Below, one piece after another: positions 20,363-28,862 of a stretch of 64,000 nucleotides of DNA. Source of the DNA: Verrucomicrobiota bacterium (GTDB taxonomy: Bacteria > Verrucomicrobiota > Verrucomicrobiia > Limisphaerales > JBBRPK01); NCBI GenBank assembly GCA_038228235.1, contig JBBRPK010000016.1, positions 526-64,525 on the forward strand. Reading direction: 5' to 3'. Numbering within the stretch: position 1 is the stretch's first letter; each line of letters begins with the position of its first letter. The position numbers and the translations under genes were made by a program. The notes under the pieces are model-generated. The model saw nothing but the letters and a program-made list of their open reading frames with translations. It was not told the origin of the DNA and ran no database searches.

Positions 20363-22946
20363 ACAAATCCATCTGCGGCGCAGGCCCGAGTTGTTTCAGC
20401 TTCTCTCGTTCGGCGCGTTGACGGGCTTGCTGACGAACCGTGCCTTCGGGCGTCAGTTCGGACTCTTCGAGGTTGCGCAGGATTTCTTTGGCGCGTTCCA
20501 GCACCGCTTTCGGCACCCCCGCCAGGCGGGCGACCTGGATGCCATAGCTTTTGTCCGTGCCGCCGGGAACGATCTTTCTTAAAAAAACAATTTGCTCGTT
20601 CCATTCTCGCACTGCCACGTTGAAGTTGCGCAGGCGGGGCAGGCGACCGGCCAATTCACTCAGCTCGTGATAGTGTGTAGCGAACAGAGTTTTCGCGCCG
20701 ACCTGGTTGTGAAGGTATTCAAGGATCGACCAGGCCAGGCTCAGCCCGTCGAACGTGCTGGTGCCCCGGCCAATTTCGTCGAGGATAATCAGGCTGCGGG
20801 AGGTGGCGTTATTGAGGATGTTAGCCGTCTCGCTCATCTCGACCATAAAGGTGGATTGCCCACGCGCCAAATCATCACTGGCGCCAATGCGGGTGAAAAT
20901 GCGGTCCACCAAATCGATGCGCGCCTCTGCGGCCGGGATGAATGAACCGGTGTGCGCCAGCAGCACGAGCAAGGCCACCTGCCGTATGTAAGTGCTTTTG
21001 CCTGCCATATTCGGTCCGGTGATAAGGGCGATTTGGACCGCGCCCTCGAGCTCGACATCATTGGGCACAAACCGCTCGTCGCTCAAGGTTTGCTCCAGCA
21101 CCGGATGGCGTCCATCGCGGATGAAGAGCGAGCCATGTTCAGCGATCTGCGGTCGGGAATAGTTGGAGAGCCGCGCCGTCTCGGCAAAGGAGGCGAGGAC
21201 GTCGAGTTGGGCCAGGGCGGTGGCGTTTTGCTGAATCTGCTTCAGCCAGGCCAAAACCTCTTCGCGAACTTTCAGGAACAACTCGTACTCCAGCTTGACG
21301 CTGCGCTCCTCCGCGCCGAGAATTTTGCCTTCCATCTCCTTCAGCTCGGGCGTAATGAAACGCTCGGCGTTCGCGACGGTCTGTTTGCGAATGTAACCCC
21401 CCGGCACCTTGTCCAGGTTGGACTTGGTCACTTCAATGTAATAACCGAAGACCGAATTGAACCGAACCTTAAGCGAAGTGATGCCCGTCCGCTCAATTTC
21501 CTGTTGCTGCAGTCTGGCGATCCAATCCTTGCCCTCGCGATTCGCTCGATGCAATTCGTCAAGGCCCGCATCAAAACCATCACGGATCAATCCGCCCTCC
21601 TTCAACCCGAGAGGGGGTTCCTCCACAATAGCACGCGCGATTAATTCAACCATGGCGGGCAGCTCGGCAATTTGGGATTCCAGCTCACAAAGGAGCATGG
21701 GCGGCTCATCCACGTTTTTTTGTGACGAGGCCGAGGCAGCGGCGAACACTTCCTCACTCAGACTCTCAACGGAGGGATGCTCCGTCCCTTGGCCCAGCTC
21801 GCGCACAGTCTTTTTGAGCCCCGGGAGCTGCTCCAGCGCCGTGCGTAACACCAGCAAATCGCGCGCATTCCCCGAACCGACACTGAGCCGGCCAATCGTC
21901 CTTTCCAGGTCGCGTACTTCGGCAAGTTGGCGCCGGAATTTCTGCAAGGGCTCGGTATTTGCAATCCAGCTTTGCACCGCTTCTTGTCGCCGGCGAATGG
22001 CGCTGGCATCGGCCAGCGGCTGTGATAGCCAATCGCGCAACCGCCGCGCTCCCATGGGGGTAGCGGTGCGATTGAGCGCGCCGTACAGAGTAGCATTCCG
22101 CGGCGCATCTCGATGTAGCGGCTCCAGGATTTCCAAATGGCGCAGCGTCGTTAGATCGAGGTAGAGAAAGTCCGACGTTTGATAGCAGGAAAGCGTGGTG
22201 AGGTGTCCGGCATCCCGCCGCAGATGTTGTGTGAGGTAATGCAGGATGGCTCCGGCGGCGCCGACCGCGGCCATTTTGTCTTTGAGGCCGAACCCGTCCA
22301 AGGTGGCCACTTTAAAATGTTCGCGCACGGTGAACTGGGCCGTTTCCGGCGCAAATACCCAATCCTCGTAGCCATTAAGAATCGGGAAAGCTCCCTTGAG
22401 CAGAGCCTGAAGTGCAGTGGCCCCGGCCGGAAAAACAATCTCGGCCGGGCGCAACCGCTCCAGTTCGCCAAGCAATGCCGATTCACTTTCGAGTTCCGTC
22501 GTTTTGAAACTGCCCGTGGTCAGATCGGCCACTGCGAGACCGAAGCTCTTGCCCAGCGCATAAACTGCCGCAAGAAAGTTGTTCCGCTCCGCGTTGAGCA
22601 TCCGTTCATCGAAATGCGTGCCGGGGGTGAGGATTTGTGTTACCTCCCGTTTAACGAGTTGGCCGGGGCGGGCCTCTTCCATCTGGTCGCAGATGGCCAC
22701 CTTCCGTCCGGCTCTGAGCAGGCGGGCAATATAATTGTTGGCCGCATGGAAGGGGATGCCGCACATCGGCACCGTCCCCCGGTGAGTCAAAGCTACGTTC
22801 AACAACTGCGCGCCCATCTGCGCATCCTCGAAAAACATCTCATAAAAATCACCGAGCCGGAAGAAAAGCAAAGCATCCTTGGGCAGTTCGCTTTTGATGC
22901 GGCGGTATTGCGCCATCATGGGTGTGAGTTGGGCATCGCTCGACAT
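20355..22946 (-). CDS. mutS: DNA mismatch repair protein MutS
   Basis: 863 aa. TPMMAQYRRIK, GDFYEMFFEDA, Walker A GPNMAGKSTYIRQ, STFMVEM and DEIGRGTSTFDG. Confidence 0.95.
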   Translation of the reverse strand: MSSDAQLTPMMAQYRRIKSELPKDALLFFRLGDFYEMFFEDAQMGAQLLNVALTHRGTVPMCGIPFHAANNYIARLLRAGRKVAICDQMEEARPGQLVKREVTQILTPGTHFDERMLNAERNNFLAAVYALGKSFGLAVADLTTGSFKTTELESESALLGELERLRPAEIVFPAGATALQALLKGAFPILNGYEDWVFAPETAQFTVREHFKVATLDGFGLKDKMAAVGAAGAILHYLTQHLRRDAGHLTTLSCYQTSDFLYLDLTTLRHLEILEPLHRDAPRNATLYGALNRTATPMGARRLRDWLSQPLADASAIRRRQEAVQSWIANTEPLQKFRRQLAEVRDLERTIGRLSVGSGNARDLLVLRTALEQLPGLKKTVRELGQGTEHPSVESLSEEVFAAASASSQKNVDEPPMLLCELESQIAELPAMVELIARAIVEEPPLGLKEGGLIRDGFDAGLDELHRANREGKDWIARLQQQEIERTGITSLKVRFNSVFGYYIEVTKSNLDKVPGGYIRKQTVANAERFITPELKEMEGKILGAEERSVKLEYELFLKVREEVLAWLKQIQQNATALAQLDVLASFAETARLSNYSRPQIAEHGSLFIRDGRHPVLEQTLSDERFVPNDVELEGAVQIALITGPNMAGKSTYIRQVALLVLLAHTGSFIPAAEARIDLVDRIFTRIGASDDLARGQSTFMVEMSETANILNNATSRSLIILDEIGRGTSTFDGLSLAWSILEYLHNQVGAKTLFATHYHELSELAGRLPRLRNFNVAVREWNEQIVFLRKIVPGGTDKSYGIQVARLAGVPKAVLERAKEILRNLEESELTPEGTVRQQARQRAEREKLKQLGPAPQMDLFG

Positions 22947-23087
22947 TAAGGGGAAATTTTAGAGGGGAAGTGGCCTCAGGTCGAAAGGAATCTTTTATGC
23001 CTGGGGCAGACCAGACCCCACGTCAATCCAAGAATGCGGCCCTTTAAGATTTAGTTTTTAGCGTAAGGGATTGACAGCGTCCATTTT

Positions 23088-23105
23088 GGTGTATATTTAT
23101 ACACC
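23088..23105. promoter_or_regulatory. candidate LexA operator (SOS box-like palindrome) overlapping the putative lexA promoter
   Basis: Perfect palindrome GGTGTATA-TT-TATACACC that ends 1 nt before the lexA ATG (23107). The inner 16-mer GTGTATATTTATACAC matches the E. coli CTGT-N8-ACAG consensus CTGTATATATATACAG at 13/16. TTGACA at 23071-23076 lies upstream, with TATATT/TATTTA inside the palindrome. Confidence 0.5.
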
Positions 23106-23106
23106 T

Positions 23107-23733
23107 ATGGCCGAGTTGACCAAGAGACAGCAACAAATTGTGAATTTTATTCTCCATTGCCAGCAAGCGGGCGGCGCGATGGCCAGTTTTCAAGACATCG
23201 CCGATCATTTTGGCTTTCACAGTCCCAATGCGGTAATGGGGCATATTAAAAGGCTTCGAGCCAAGGGGGCGCTGGCCAGCGAGCCCGGGCGAGCGCGCTC
23301 ACTGCGTGTCCTTTCGCCCTTCCATGCGTTGCGTAAGCGGGTGGTGGACATTCCGGTCTATGGTTCCATTCCGGCCGGGTTTGCCCAGGAGCAGCAGCAG
23401 GAGGCCAAAGGATGCGTCACGATCGATATTGAGACCCTGGGCGTGAAGCCAAGTCCTCTGGCTTTTGCGCTGGAAGTGAGAGGGGATTCGATGGTTGGGA
23501 AGCACATTTTTGAGGGAGACGTGGTTATAGTAGAGCCGCGAACGCAGCCCAAAAACGGTGATGTAGTGGCGGCTTTGATCGATGGGGAATCGACGTTGAA
23601 AACCTTGATGGCTCGGAACGGCAAACCGTATCTGCGGGCCGAGAATCCAAAATACCCCAACCTGGTCCCGGCAGGGGAATTGGTTATCCAAGGGGTGGTG
23701 GTCACGGTGATTCGTAAACTGAAGGGAACGTGA
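23107..23733 (+). CDS. lexA: LexA repressor (S24 peptidase)
   Basis: Start at MAELTKRQQQIVNFI (winged-helix N-domain). Ala-Gly cleavage context SIPAGFA. Ser-Lys dyad VRGDSM ... ESTLKTL. Confidence 0.9.
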   Translation: MAELTKRQQQIVNFILHCQQAGGAMASFQDIADHFGFHSPNAVMGHIKRLRAKGALASEPGRARSLRVLSPFHALRKRVVDIPVYGSIPAGFAQEQQQEAKGCVTIDIETLGVKPSPLAFALEVRGDSMVGKHIFEGDVVIVEPRTQPKNGDVVAALIDGESTLKTLMARNGKPYLRAENPKYPNLVPAGELVIQGVVVTVIRKLKGT

Positions 23734-23851
23734 GAGCGTGGAGCGTGAGAGCGTGAGAACGCAGTTACCAGTTATTAATGAAGCCGATGGATGGATTACG
23801 GGGGAGAAGCCGGCGCCGAGTTCACGCTCCGACGCTCTGACGCTCCCACAC
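23729..23851. repeat. long imperfect inverted repeat built from 8-nt-periodic GAGCGT / ACGCTC units
   Basis: Left arm cgtgagagcgtggagcgtgagagcgtgagaac (23729-23760, overlaps the lexA stop). Right arm gttcacgctccgacgctctgacgctcccacac (23820-23851, ends 7 nt before the polymerase ATG). The intervening loop is about 59 nt. Confidence 0.55.
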
Positions 23852-23858
23852 ACAACCC

Positions 23859-26800
23859 ATGCGCATCATCGTCCATCTCGATGCGGACGCTTTCTTTGCT
23901 TCGGTGGAGCAAGCGGCTGACCCGCGCTTGCGGGGCAAGCCTTTGGCCGTGGGCGGCGAGAAGCGCGGCATTATCGCATCGGCCTCCTATGAAGCTCGCA
24001 AATTTGGCGTTTACACCCCCATGCCCACCTCACGGGCTCGCAAGTTATGTCCGAAGCTGATTATCCTGCCGGGCGACTTCGACAAATATGAGCACTTCTC
24101 GCGCTGGATGTTCAGCTATGCGCAGGACTTTACGCCAGATGTGGAAATCGCTTCCATTGACGAAGGTTATTTTGACCTGAGCGCCGTGCGGAAGCCGCCG
24201 TTGGATGTGGCGGAAATTATTCGCACTGCTATCCGGCAGTCTCTTAAGATTTCTGTCAGTGAAGGCATTGCCAGCAACAAGCTGGTCAGCCAGATTGCCT
24301 CGAAGTTAAGGAAGCCAGCCGCTTTCACTCATGTCCTCCCGGGAGGAGAAATTTCTTTTCTGCATCCGCTGCCTAACTGCTGGTTGCCAGGTATTGGACC
24401 GCAGACGGGGCATCGTTTGAATGCGGCGGGATTGGCCTCCATCCGTCACGTGGCGGCCACGCCGGTGGAGATGCTGCAATTGCTGGTGGGCAAAATGGCT
24501 GGCTTGCTCCGCTCCCATGCCAACGGCATCGACGACCGGCCCGTGATGCCGATGAGCGCGCCTGCCAAATCCTACAGCCAGCAGCAGACTTTTGACGCCG
24601 ACATCACCGATGAGGAGTACGCCGAGGCTGTGCTGCGCCGGATGGCGGACGAACTGATGGCGAAAGTGCGGACTGAAAATAAAAGCATCCGCACGTTCAC
24701 TGTCAAAGTGCGCTACAACGACATGGCCGAAGACCAATGCGGAGAAAGCTTGCTGGAGCCAACCGATCTTGAAACTGATCTGTATGGGCGCCTCCACCTG
24801 CTTTTCCGGCAGGCCTGGAAACGGCGGGTGAGCCTGCGGATGGTGTCCTTGAAATTCTCGAATGTTTATGACGGCCTCTGTCGTCTGGAATTGGCGCTGC
24901 AACGTCCGGCCCAGGAACACGAAGCTCGCCGGCGCCTGGCTGATTCCGTGGACGCTTTGCGCCGGGTTCACGGCCCTCAGGTGATTCTGCGTGGCCACGA
25001 TTTGCGCTTACGCGACCGCCCTGTTGAGAGCGTGGCGGCGAACTTGGGGGGTATTAGTCATATCGGCTCTATCCGTCCGATCCGCTCATCTATTCCGCTG
25101 GCCATGCACAGTTACTATTCATTTCTCAACTCCACATTGTCCATCGAGGCCATCGTGCAACTTGCCAAGGTTCATGAACTTCCTGCGGTCGCCCTGACCG
25201 ATGAAGGTAATTTGCATGGCGCGGTGGAGTTCACGCAAGCGGCGCGCGCCGCCGGCATCAAACCTATCCTGGGCGCGGAATTGCTGGTCGAAGGCCGCCT
25301 GCTGCGGCTCTATGTGGAGAATGCCAGAGGCTATGCCAATCTCTGTCGCCTACTGTCGCGCGCCGCATCCTTGAATAGTAGCAGCCGGCGTGAGCCGGCT
25401 CATTATTCTCCTGGAAAAGAGTACGCCGATAAATTAGGCACGCCAGCGGTTGCGAGGCTTGCCTGCCTTCGCTTCCAACAATTAGAAGGGTTGACTGATG
25501 GTCTGCTCGCAGTCGGCGCTGATTCACGCCTTTCGTTGTTCTTTCCGGGCCGGTTTTATCTTGGAATTAGCGAGGCAGAAGTTCCTCCTGCCTCATTAAG
25601 CTGCCCGAGGGTGGCGGTGTGGCCGATTCGATACGCCCAGCGCAGCGACCGTTGGAAATTTGATGTCGTGCAGTCCATCCGCACACGCACGCTGTTGCGA
25701 CAGGCGCATCCGGAAAAGGTTTTAACCGGCGAGTTCCATTTCCCTCAGCCGGCAGAAATGTCCGCGCTGTTTGGCGATCACCCGGAGCTTCTGGCTAACA
25801 CCTTCGAACTGGCTGGCCGTTGCGCCTTCGAATTGCCGTTGGGTGCTCCGCAGTTTCCCGCATTTGCTTGTCCGGCTAGCTCCACGCCCCACACTTTTTT
25901 GCGCCAACTCGTGCTGGAAGGACTGCGCCGCCGCTATCCGGATCGCGCCACCCGACTGCAATCGCAACTCGAGGAAGAGTTGAGCATCATCTGCGAAGTG
26001 GGTTACGAGGAGTATTTTCTGGTGGTCTGGGACATTCTGCAAGAGTGCCGGCGGCGCGGCATCGACTGGATAACCCGCGGCAGCGCGGCGGATTCACTGG
26101 TCTGCTATTGCCTGGGCATCAGCGATGTTTGTCCGATTCGGTTCGACCTGGACTTCCGGCGCTTCCTGAACAAGGAGCGGATGAAATTGAACAAACTTCC
26201 GGACATCGACGTGGACTTTCCACACGACCGCAAGGACGATGTGGTCGATCTAATTTTCGAGAAATATGGCGCGGAGCAGGCGGCGGTGGTGGGCGGTTTT
26301 TCCACCTTTCAGGCCCGCAGCGCGGTGGCAGACGTGGCCAAGGTGCTCGGGGTTTCGGAATACCAAATCCGCCGCTTCACCGAGCACTTTCCCTGGACAG
26401 GCGCGCGTGGCATTGGCAGCGCGGTTTTGGAAAGTCAGGAATGCCGCGATTTGCCGGTGAACGAAGAGCCTTATCGCTCCGCTTTGGAGATGGCGGAGTT
26501 TCTGGACGGTTTCCCGCGCTATCCGAAGATGCATCCTTGCGGGGTGGTGCTCTCGCGCCAGCCAATGTTGGAATTAACACCGACATTTATCTCGAACAAA
26601 GGCTACCCCACTACCCATTTCGACATGGATGCGGTGGAAGTGATTGGACTGGTGAAGATGGATATTTTGGCGCAGGGGGGCCTGGCCGTCATGCGCGATG
26701 CGAAGGAGTCGATTGCTCGAAAAAATTCGGGCCAGGATCTCGATTTGAACCGGCTGGAACCCTGGGAAGACCCGGCGGTGTGGGAAATGATTGCCAGCGG

Positions 26801-28250
26801 CGGTTCACGCGCGGTTCACCACATCGAGTCCCCCGCCATGGTTGGTCTTTGCCGGCAGAGTAATGTGCGCGACATCGACGGGCTCATTGCCATCGTGAGC
26901 GTCATCCGGCCCGGCGCGGCCAATGAGCAGAAAAAATTAAAATTCACCCGCCGCTATCAAGGGCTTGAACCCGTCACTTATCCGCATCCGTCTTTGGAGC
27001 GATGCCTCAAGAGCACGTTCGGCCTGGTCGTGTATGAGGAACACATACTGCAAATCTGCGAGGCCTTTGCCGGTCTGGCGCCCGGGCGGGCGGACGTGTT
27101 GCGGCGGGCCTTGGGCAAGCAGAAGCAAGACGTGATCGAGGAAATTCGGCGCGAGTTCATGGGCTGTGCCAGGTCACGCGGCCATTCCTATGACAAAATG
27201 GTGGAAGTCTGGGAGTTGGTAAGCGGTTTTGCGGGGTATGCTTTCTGCAAAGCGCATTCCACGGCCTATGGCGTTGAGGCCTATCAAAGCGCATGGCTCA
27301 AACGCTACCATCCCGTCGAATTCATGGCGGCAGTCCTCTCGAACGGGAAAGGCTTTTATCATCCGTTGGTTTACGTGCTGGAATGTCATCGGCTCGGCAT
27401 TCCGCTGCTGCCGCCTTTTGTTAATCAGCCCGGCCCAATGTTCACCGTCGAAGGCCAATCCATCCGCGTCCCATTGACTCGTATCAAAGGGCTGACCGAC
27501 CGCGCCAAAAGCCGCATTGTGGCGGAGCGGCAAAACCAGGAGTTCACCTCGCTGGCAGATTTCTATCGCCGTGTGGATCCAGCGCCGGAAGAAATGGAGT
27601 CAATGATTCGGGCCGGGGCTTTCGACAGCTTTGGCAAAGCGCGCCCCGCGCAATTTTGGGAAGCGCAACATCTTTACCGAGCAGAAACCCAAGGCTTCTA
27701 TCTGCGAGATTCACCGACTCCAGTTCAATGCAAGACAGGCAATGTTCGGGATGGCCCCATCGACAAGAAGACAGAATATGTGCGCTCCTCCTTGCAAGGC
27801 TGGCTGCTGCCGCCCCCCGAAACCGATCGTCTGCCGGGTGTGCCATTACAAGAGCCTACGCGCCGCCAATGTCTGGAATGGGAAACCGAACTGTTCGACT
27901 TTGCCGTAAGGGGCCATCCGCTGGAAGTCCATAGCCATGTCGCGTGGGACACCTACTGTCCCGTTGCAAAGCTGGGTGAGCACATTGGCGAACAAGTCGT
28001 CACCTGCGGACTGATCATCGAACAGCGCACCCACCATCAAGTCACGGGTGAGCCGATGAAATTTCTCACGTTGGCGGATTGGACAGGCATGGTCGAAACC
28101 GAACTATTCGCGGCGACCTATCGCAGCTACGGCCTGGCAACGGTGCGCTATCCAGTGCTGGAGGTCACCGCCACAGTCGAACCATTCGAGAATGGGCGCG
28201 GCTTTTCCCTGCGCGTCCACCGGGCTGGAAAGCCGCGAACCCGCAGTTAA
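23859..28250 (+). CDS. dnaE2: fusion protein: Y-family DNA polymerase (DinB/Pol IV-like, catalytic residues retained) + error-prone C-family polymerase alpha subunit (DnaE2-like)
   Basis: One uninterrupted 1,463-codon ORF. Residues 1 to about 395: HLDADAFFASVEQ, SIDEGYFDL, GIASNKLVSQIASKLRKP, LPGIGPQTG. Residues about 416-1463: AMHSYYSFLNSTLS...ALTDEGNLHG (degenerate PHP), DIDVDFPHDRKDDV, GYAFCKAHSTAYGVEAYQSAWLKRYHP. An in-frame ATG sits at 25104, at the module boundary. Confidence 0.85.
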   Translation: MRIIVHLDADAFFASVEQAADPRLRGKPLAVGGEKRGIIASASYEARKFGVYTPMPTSRARKLCPKLIILPGDFDKYEHFSRWMFSYAQDFTPDVEIASIDEGYFDLSAVRKPPLDVAEIIRTAIRQSLKISVSEGIASNKLVSQIASKLRKPAAFTHVLPGGEISFLHPLPNCWLPGIGPQTGHRLNAAGLASIRHVAATPVEMLQLLVGKMAGLLRSHANGIDDRPVMPMSAPAKSYSQQQTFDADITDEEYAEAVLRRMADELMAKVRTENKSIRTFTVKVRYNDMAEDQCGESLLEPTDLETDLYGRLHLLFRQAWKRRVSLRMVSLKFSNVYDGLCRLELALQRPAQEHEARRRLADSVDALRRVHGPQVILRGHDLRLRDRPVESVAANLGGISHIGSIRPIRSSIPLAMHSYYSFLNSTLSIEAIVQLAKVHELPAVALTDEGNLHGAVEFTQAARAAGIKPILGAELLVEGRLLRLYVENARGYANLCRLLSRAASLNSSSRREPAHYSPGKEYADKLGTPAVARLACLRFQQLEGLTDGLLAVGADSRLSLFFPGRFYLGISEAEVPPASLSCPRVAVWPIRYAQRSDRWKFDVVQSIRTRTLLRQAHPEKVLTGEFHFPQPAEMSALFGDHPELLANTFELAGRCAFELPLGAPQFPAFACPASSTPHTFLRQLVLEGLRRRYPDRATRLQSQLEEELSIICEVGYEEYFLVVWDILQECRRRGIDWITRGSAADSLVCYCLGISDVCPIRFDLDFRRFLNKERMKLNKLPDIDVDFPHDRKDDVVDLIFEKYGAEQAAVVGGFSTFQARSAVADVAKVLGVSEYQIRRFTEHFPWTGARGIGSAVLESQECRDLPVNEEPYRSALEMAEFLDGFPRYPKMHPCGVVLSRQPMLELTPTFISNKGYPTTHFDMDAVEVIGLVKMDILAQGGLAVMRDAKESIARKNSGQDLDLNRLEPWEDPAVWEMIASGGSRAVHHIESPAMVGLCRQSNVRDIDGLIAIVSVIRPGAANEQKKLKFTRRYQGLEPVTYPHPSLERCLKSTFGLVVYEEHILQICEAFAGLAPGRADVLRRALGKQKQDVIEEIRREFMGCARSRGHSYDKMVEVWELVSGFAGYAFCKAHSTAYGVEAYQSAWLKRYHPVEFMAAVLSNGKGFYHPLVYVLECHRLGIPLLPPFVNQPGPMFTVEGQSIRVPLTRIKGLTDRAKSRIVAERQNQEFTSLADFYRRVDPAPEEMESMIRAGAFDSFGKARPAQFWEAQHLYRAETQGFYLRDSPTPVQCKTGNVRDGPIDKKTEYVRSSLQGWLLPPPETDRLPGVPLQEPTRRQCLEWETELFDFAVRGHPLEVHSHVAWDTYCPVAKLGEHIGEQVVTCGLIIEQRTHHQVTGEPMKFLTLADWTGMVETELFAATYRSYGLATVRYPVLEVTATVEPFENGRGFSLRVHRAGKPRTRS

Positions 28251-28522
28251 TTACTGATGAAACTGCAAGATACGCTACAAGACTGCCGAAGCTTCTCCCT
28301 CGGCCGTGGGCGAAGCGCACAAGCAAACCTGTTGTTCTGGATTCCGGATGGTGCTTTGGTGGAGTCCCAATTTAAGATAGGCGCGACACTAAAAATACAT
28401 TCTTTGCCTCGGAAAGGTTCGGAACGCCTCTGAAAGGTGAGAAAGGCCGTGGATAGGCCCGGGAGGAGAGGACCGAGGACTGGTTCCATTCCCCGAGGGG
28501 GACACACACCCTCTCATTTACC

Positions 28523-28613
28523 CGTCAGGTCGTCAGGAGGCCTGTAAACATTGGCTTTTCCCCACCTTCAGGTCGTCAGGTTAGCCGTCAGGAGCCGTCA
28601 GGAGGGCGTCAAG
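28523..28613. repeat. cluster of CGTCAGG heptamer repeats
   Basis: Five perfect CGTCAGG copies (28523, 28531, 28574, 28586, 28596) plus the variant CGTCAAG (28607). The 13-mer tcaggtcgtcagg occurs twice (28525, 28568). Perfect tandem 10-mer agccgtcagg x2 (28583-28602). Confidence 0.6.
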
Positions 28614-28623
28614 TTGGCGGGCA

Positions 28624-28743
28624 TTGAACATAAGGTAACGAAGTTAACGAAGAGAGTCCCGACGAGTCGGGAGGAGAACAGTTCTGGCACCCGGCGGGAG
28701 AGGGGGTAAAGAATTTGAACATAAGGCAACGAAGTTAACGAAG
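28624..28743. repeat. 29-bp direct repeat pair flanking a short hairpin
   Basis: ttgaacataaggTaacgaagttaacgaag (28624-28652) and ttgaacataaggCaacgaagttaacgaag (28715-28743), 28/29 identical. The palindrome tcccgac-ga-gtcggga (28657-28672) lies between them. Confidence 0.6.
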
Positions 28744-28862
28744 GGAGGAGGAGACAGGCATGCATACTCCGTTTTACCTGCAAACCCGCAAGGACCCGCA
28801 TATCCATTGGGTTCTTTGCACGCTCATCCCGTCACAATTGATTCTGTCGCAAGACTTGCGCT

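Noticed and set aside
23760-23775. gagaacgcagttacc as a Gram-positive-type LexA box (GAAC-N4-GTTC)
   Set aside because: The second half-site deviates at two of four positions (TTAC versus GTTC). The much better palindrome at 23088-23105 already accounts for a LexA site.
28624-28743. Possible CRISPR array (29-bp direct repeats)
   Set aside because: Only two repeat copies, separated by 62 bp, and the intervening DNA contains its own palindrome. No cas genes are in the window. It fits a dispersed or structured repeat better than a CRISPR array.
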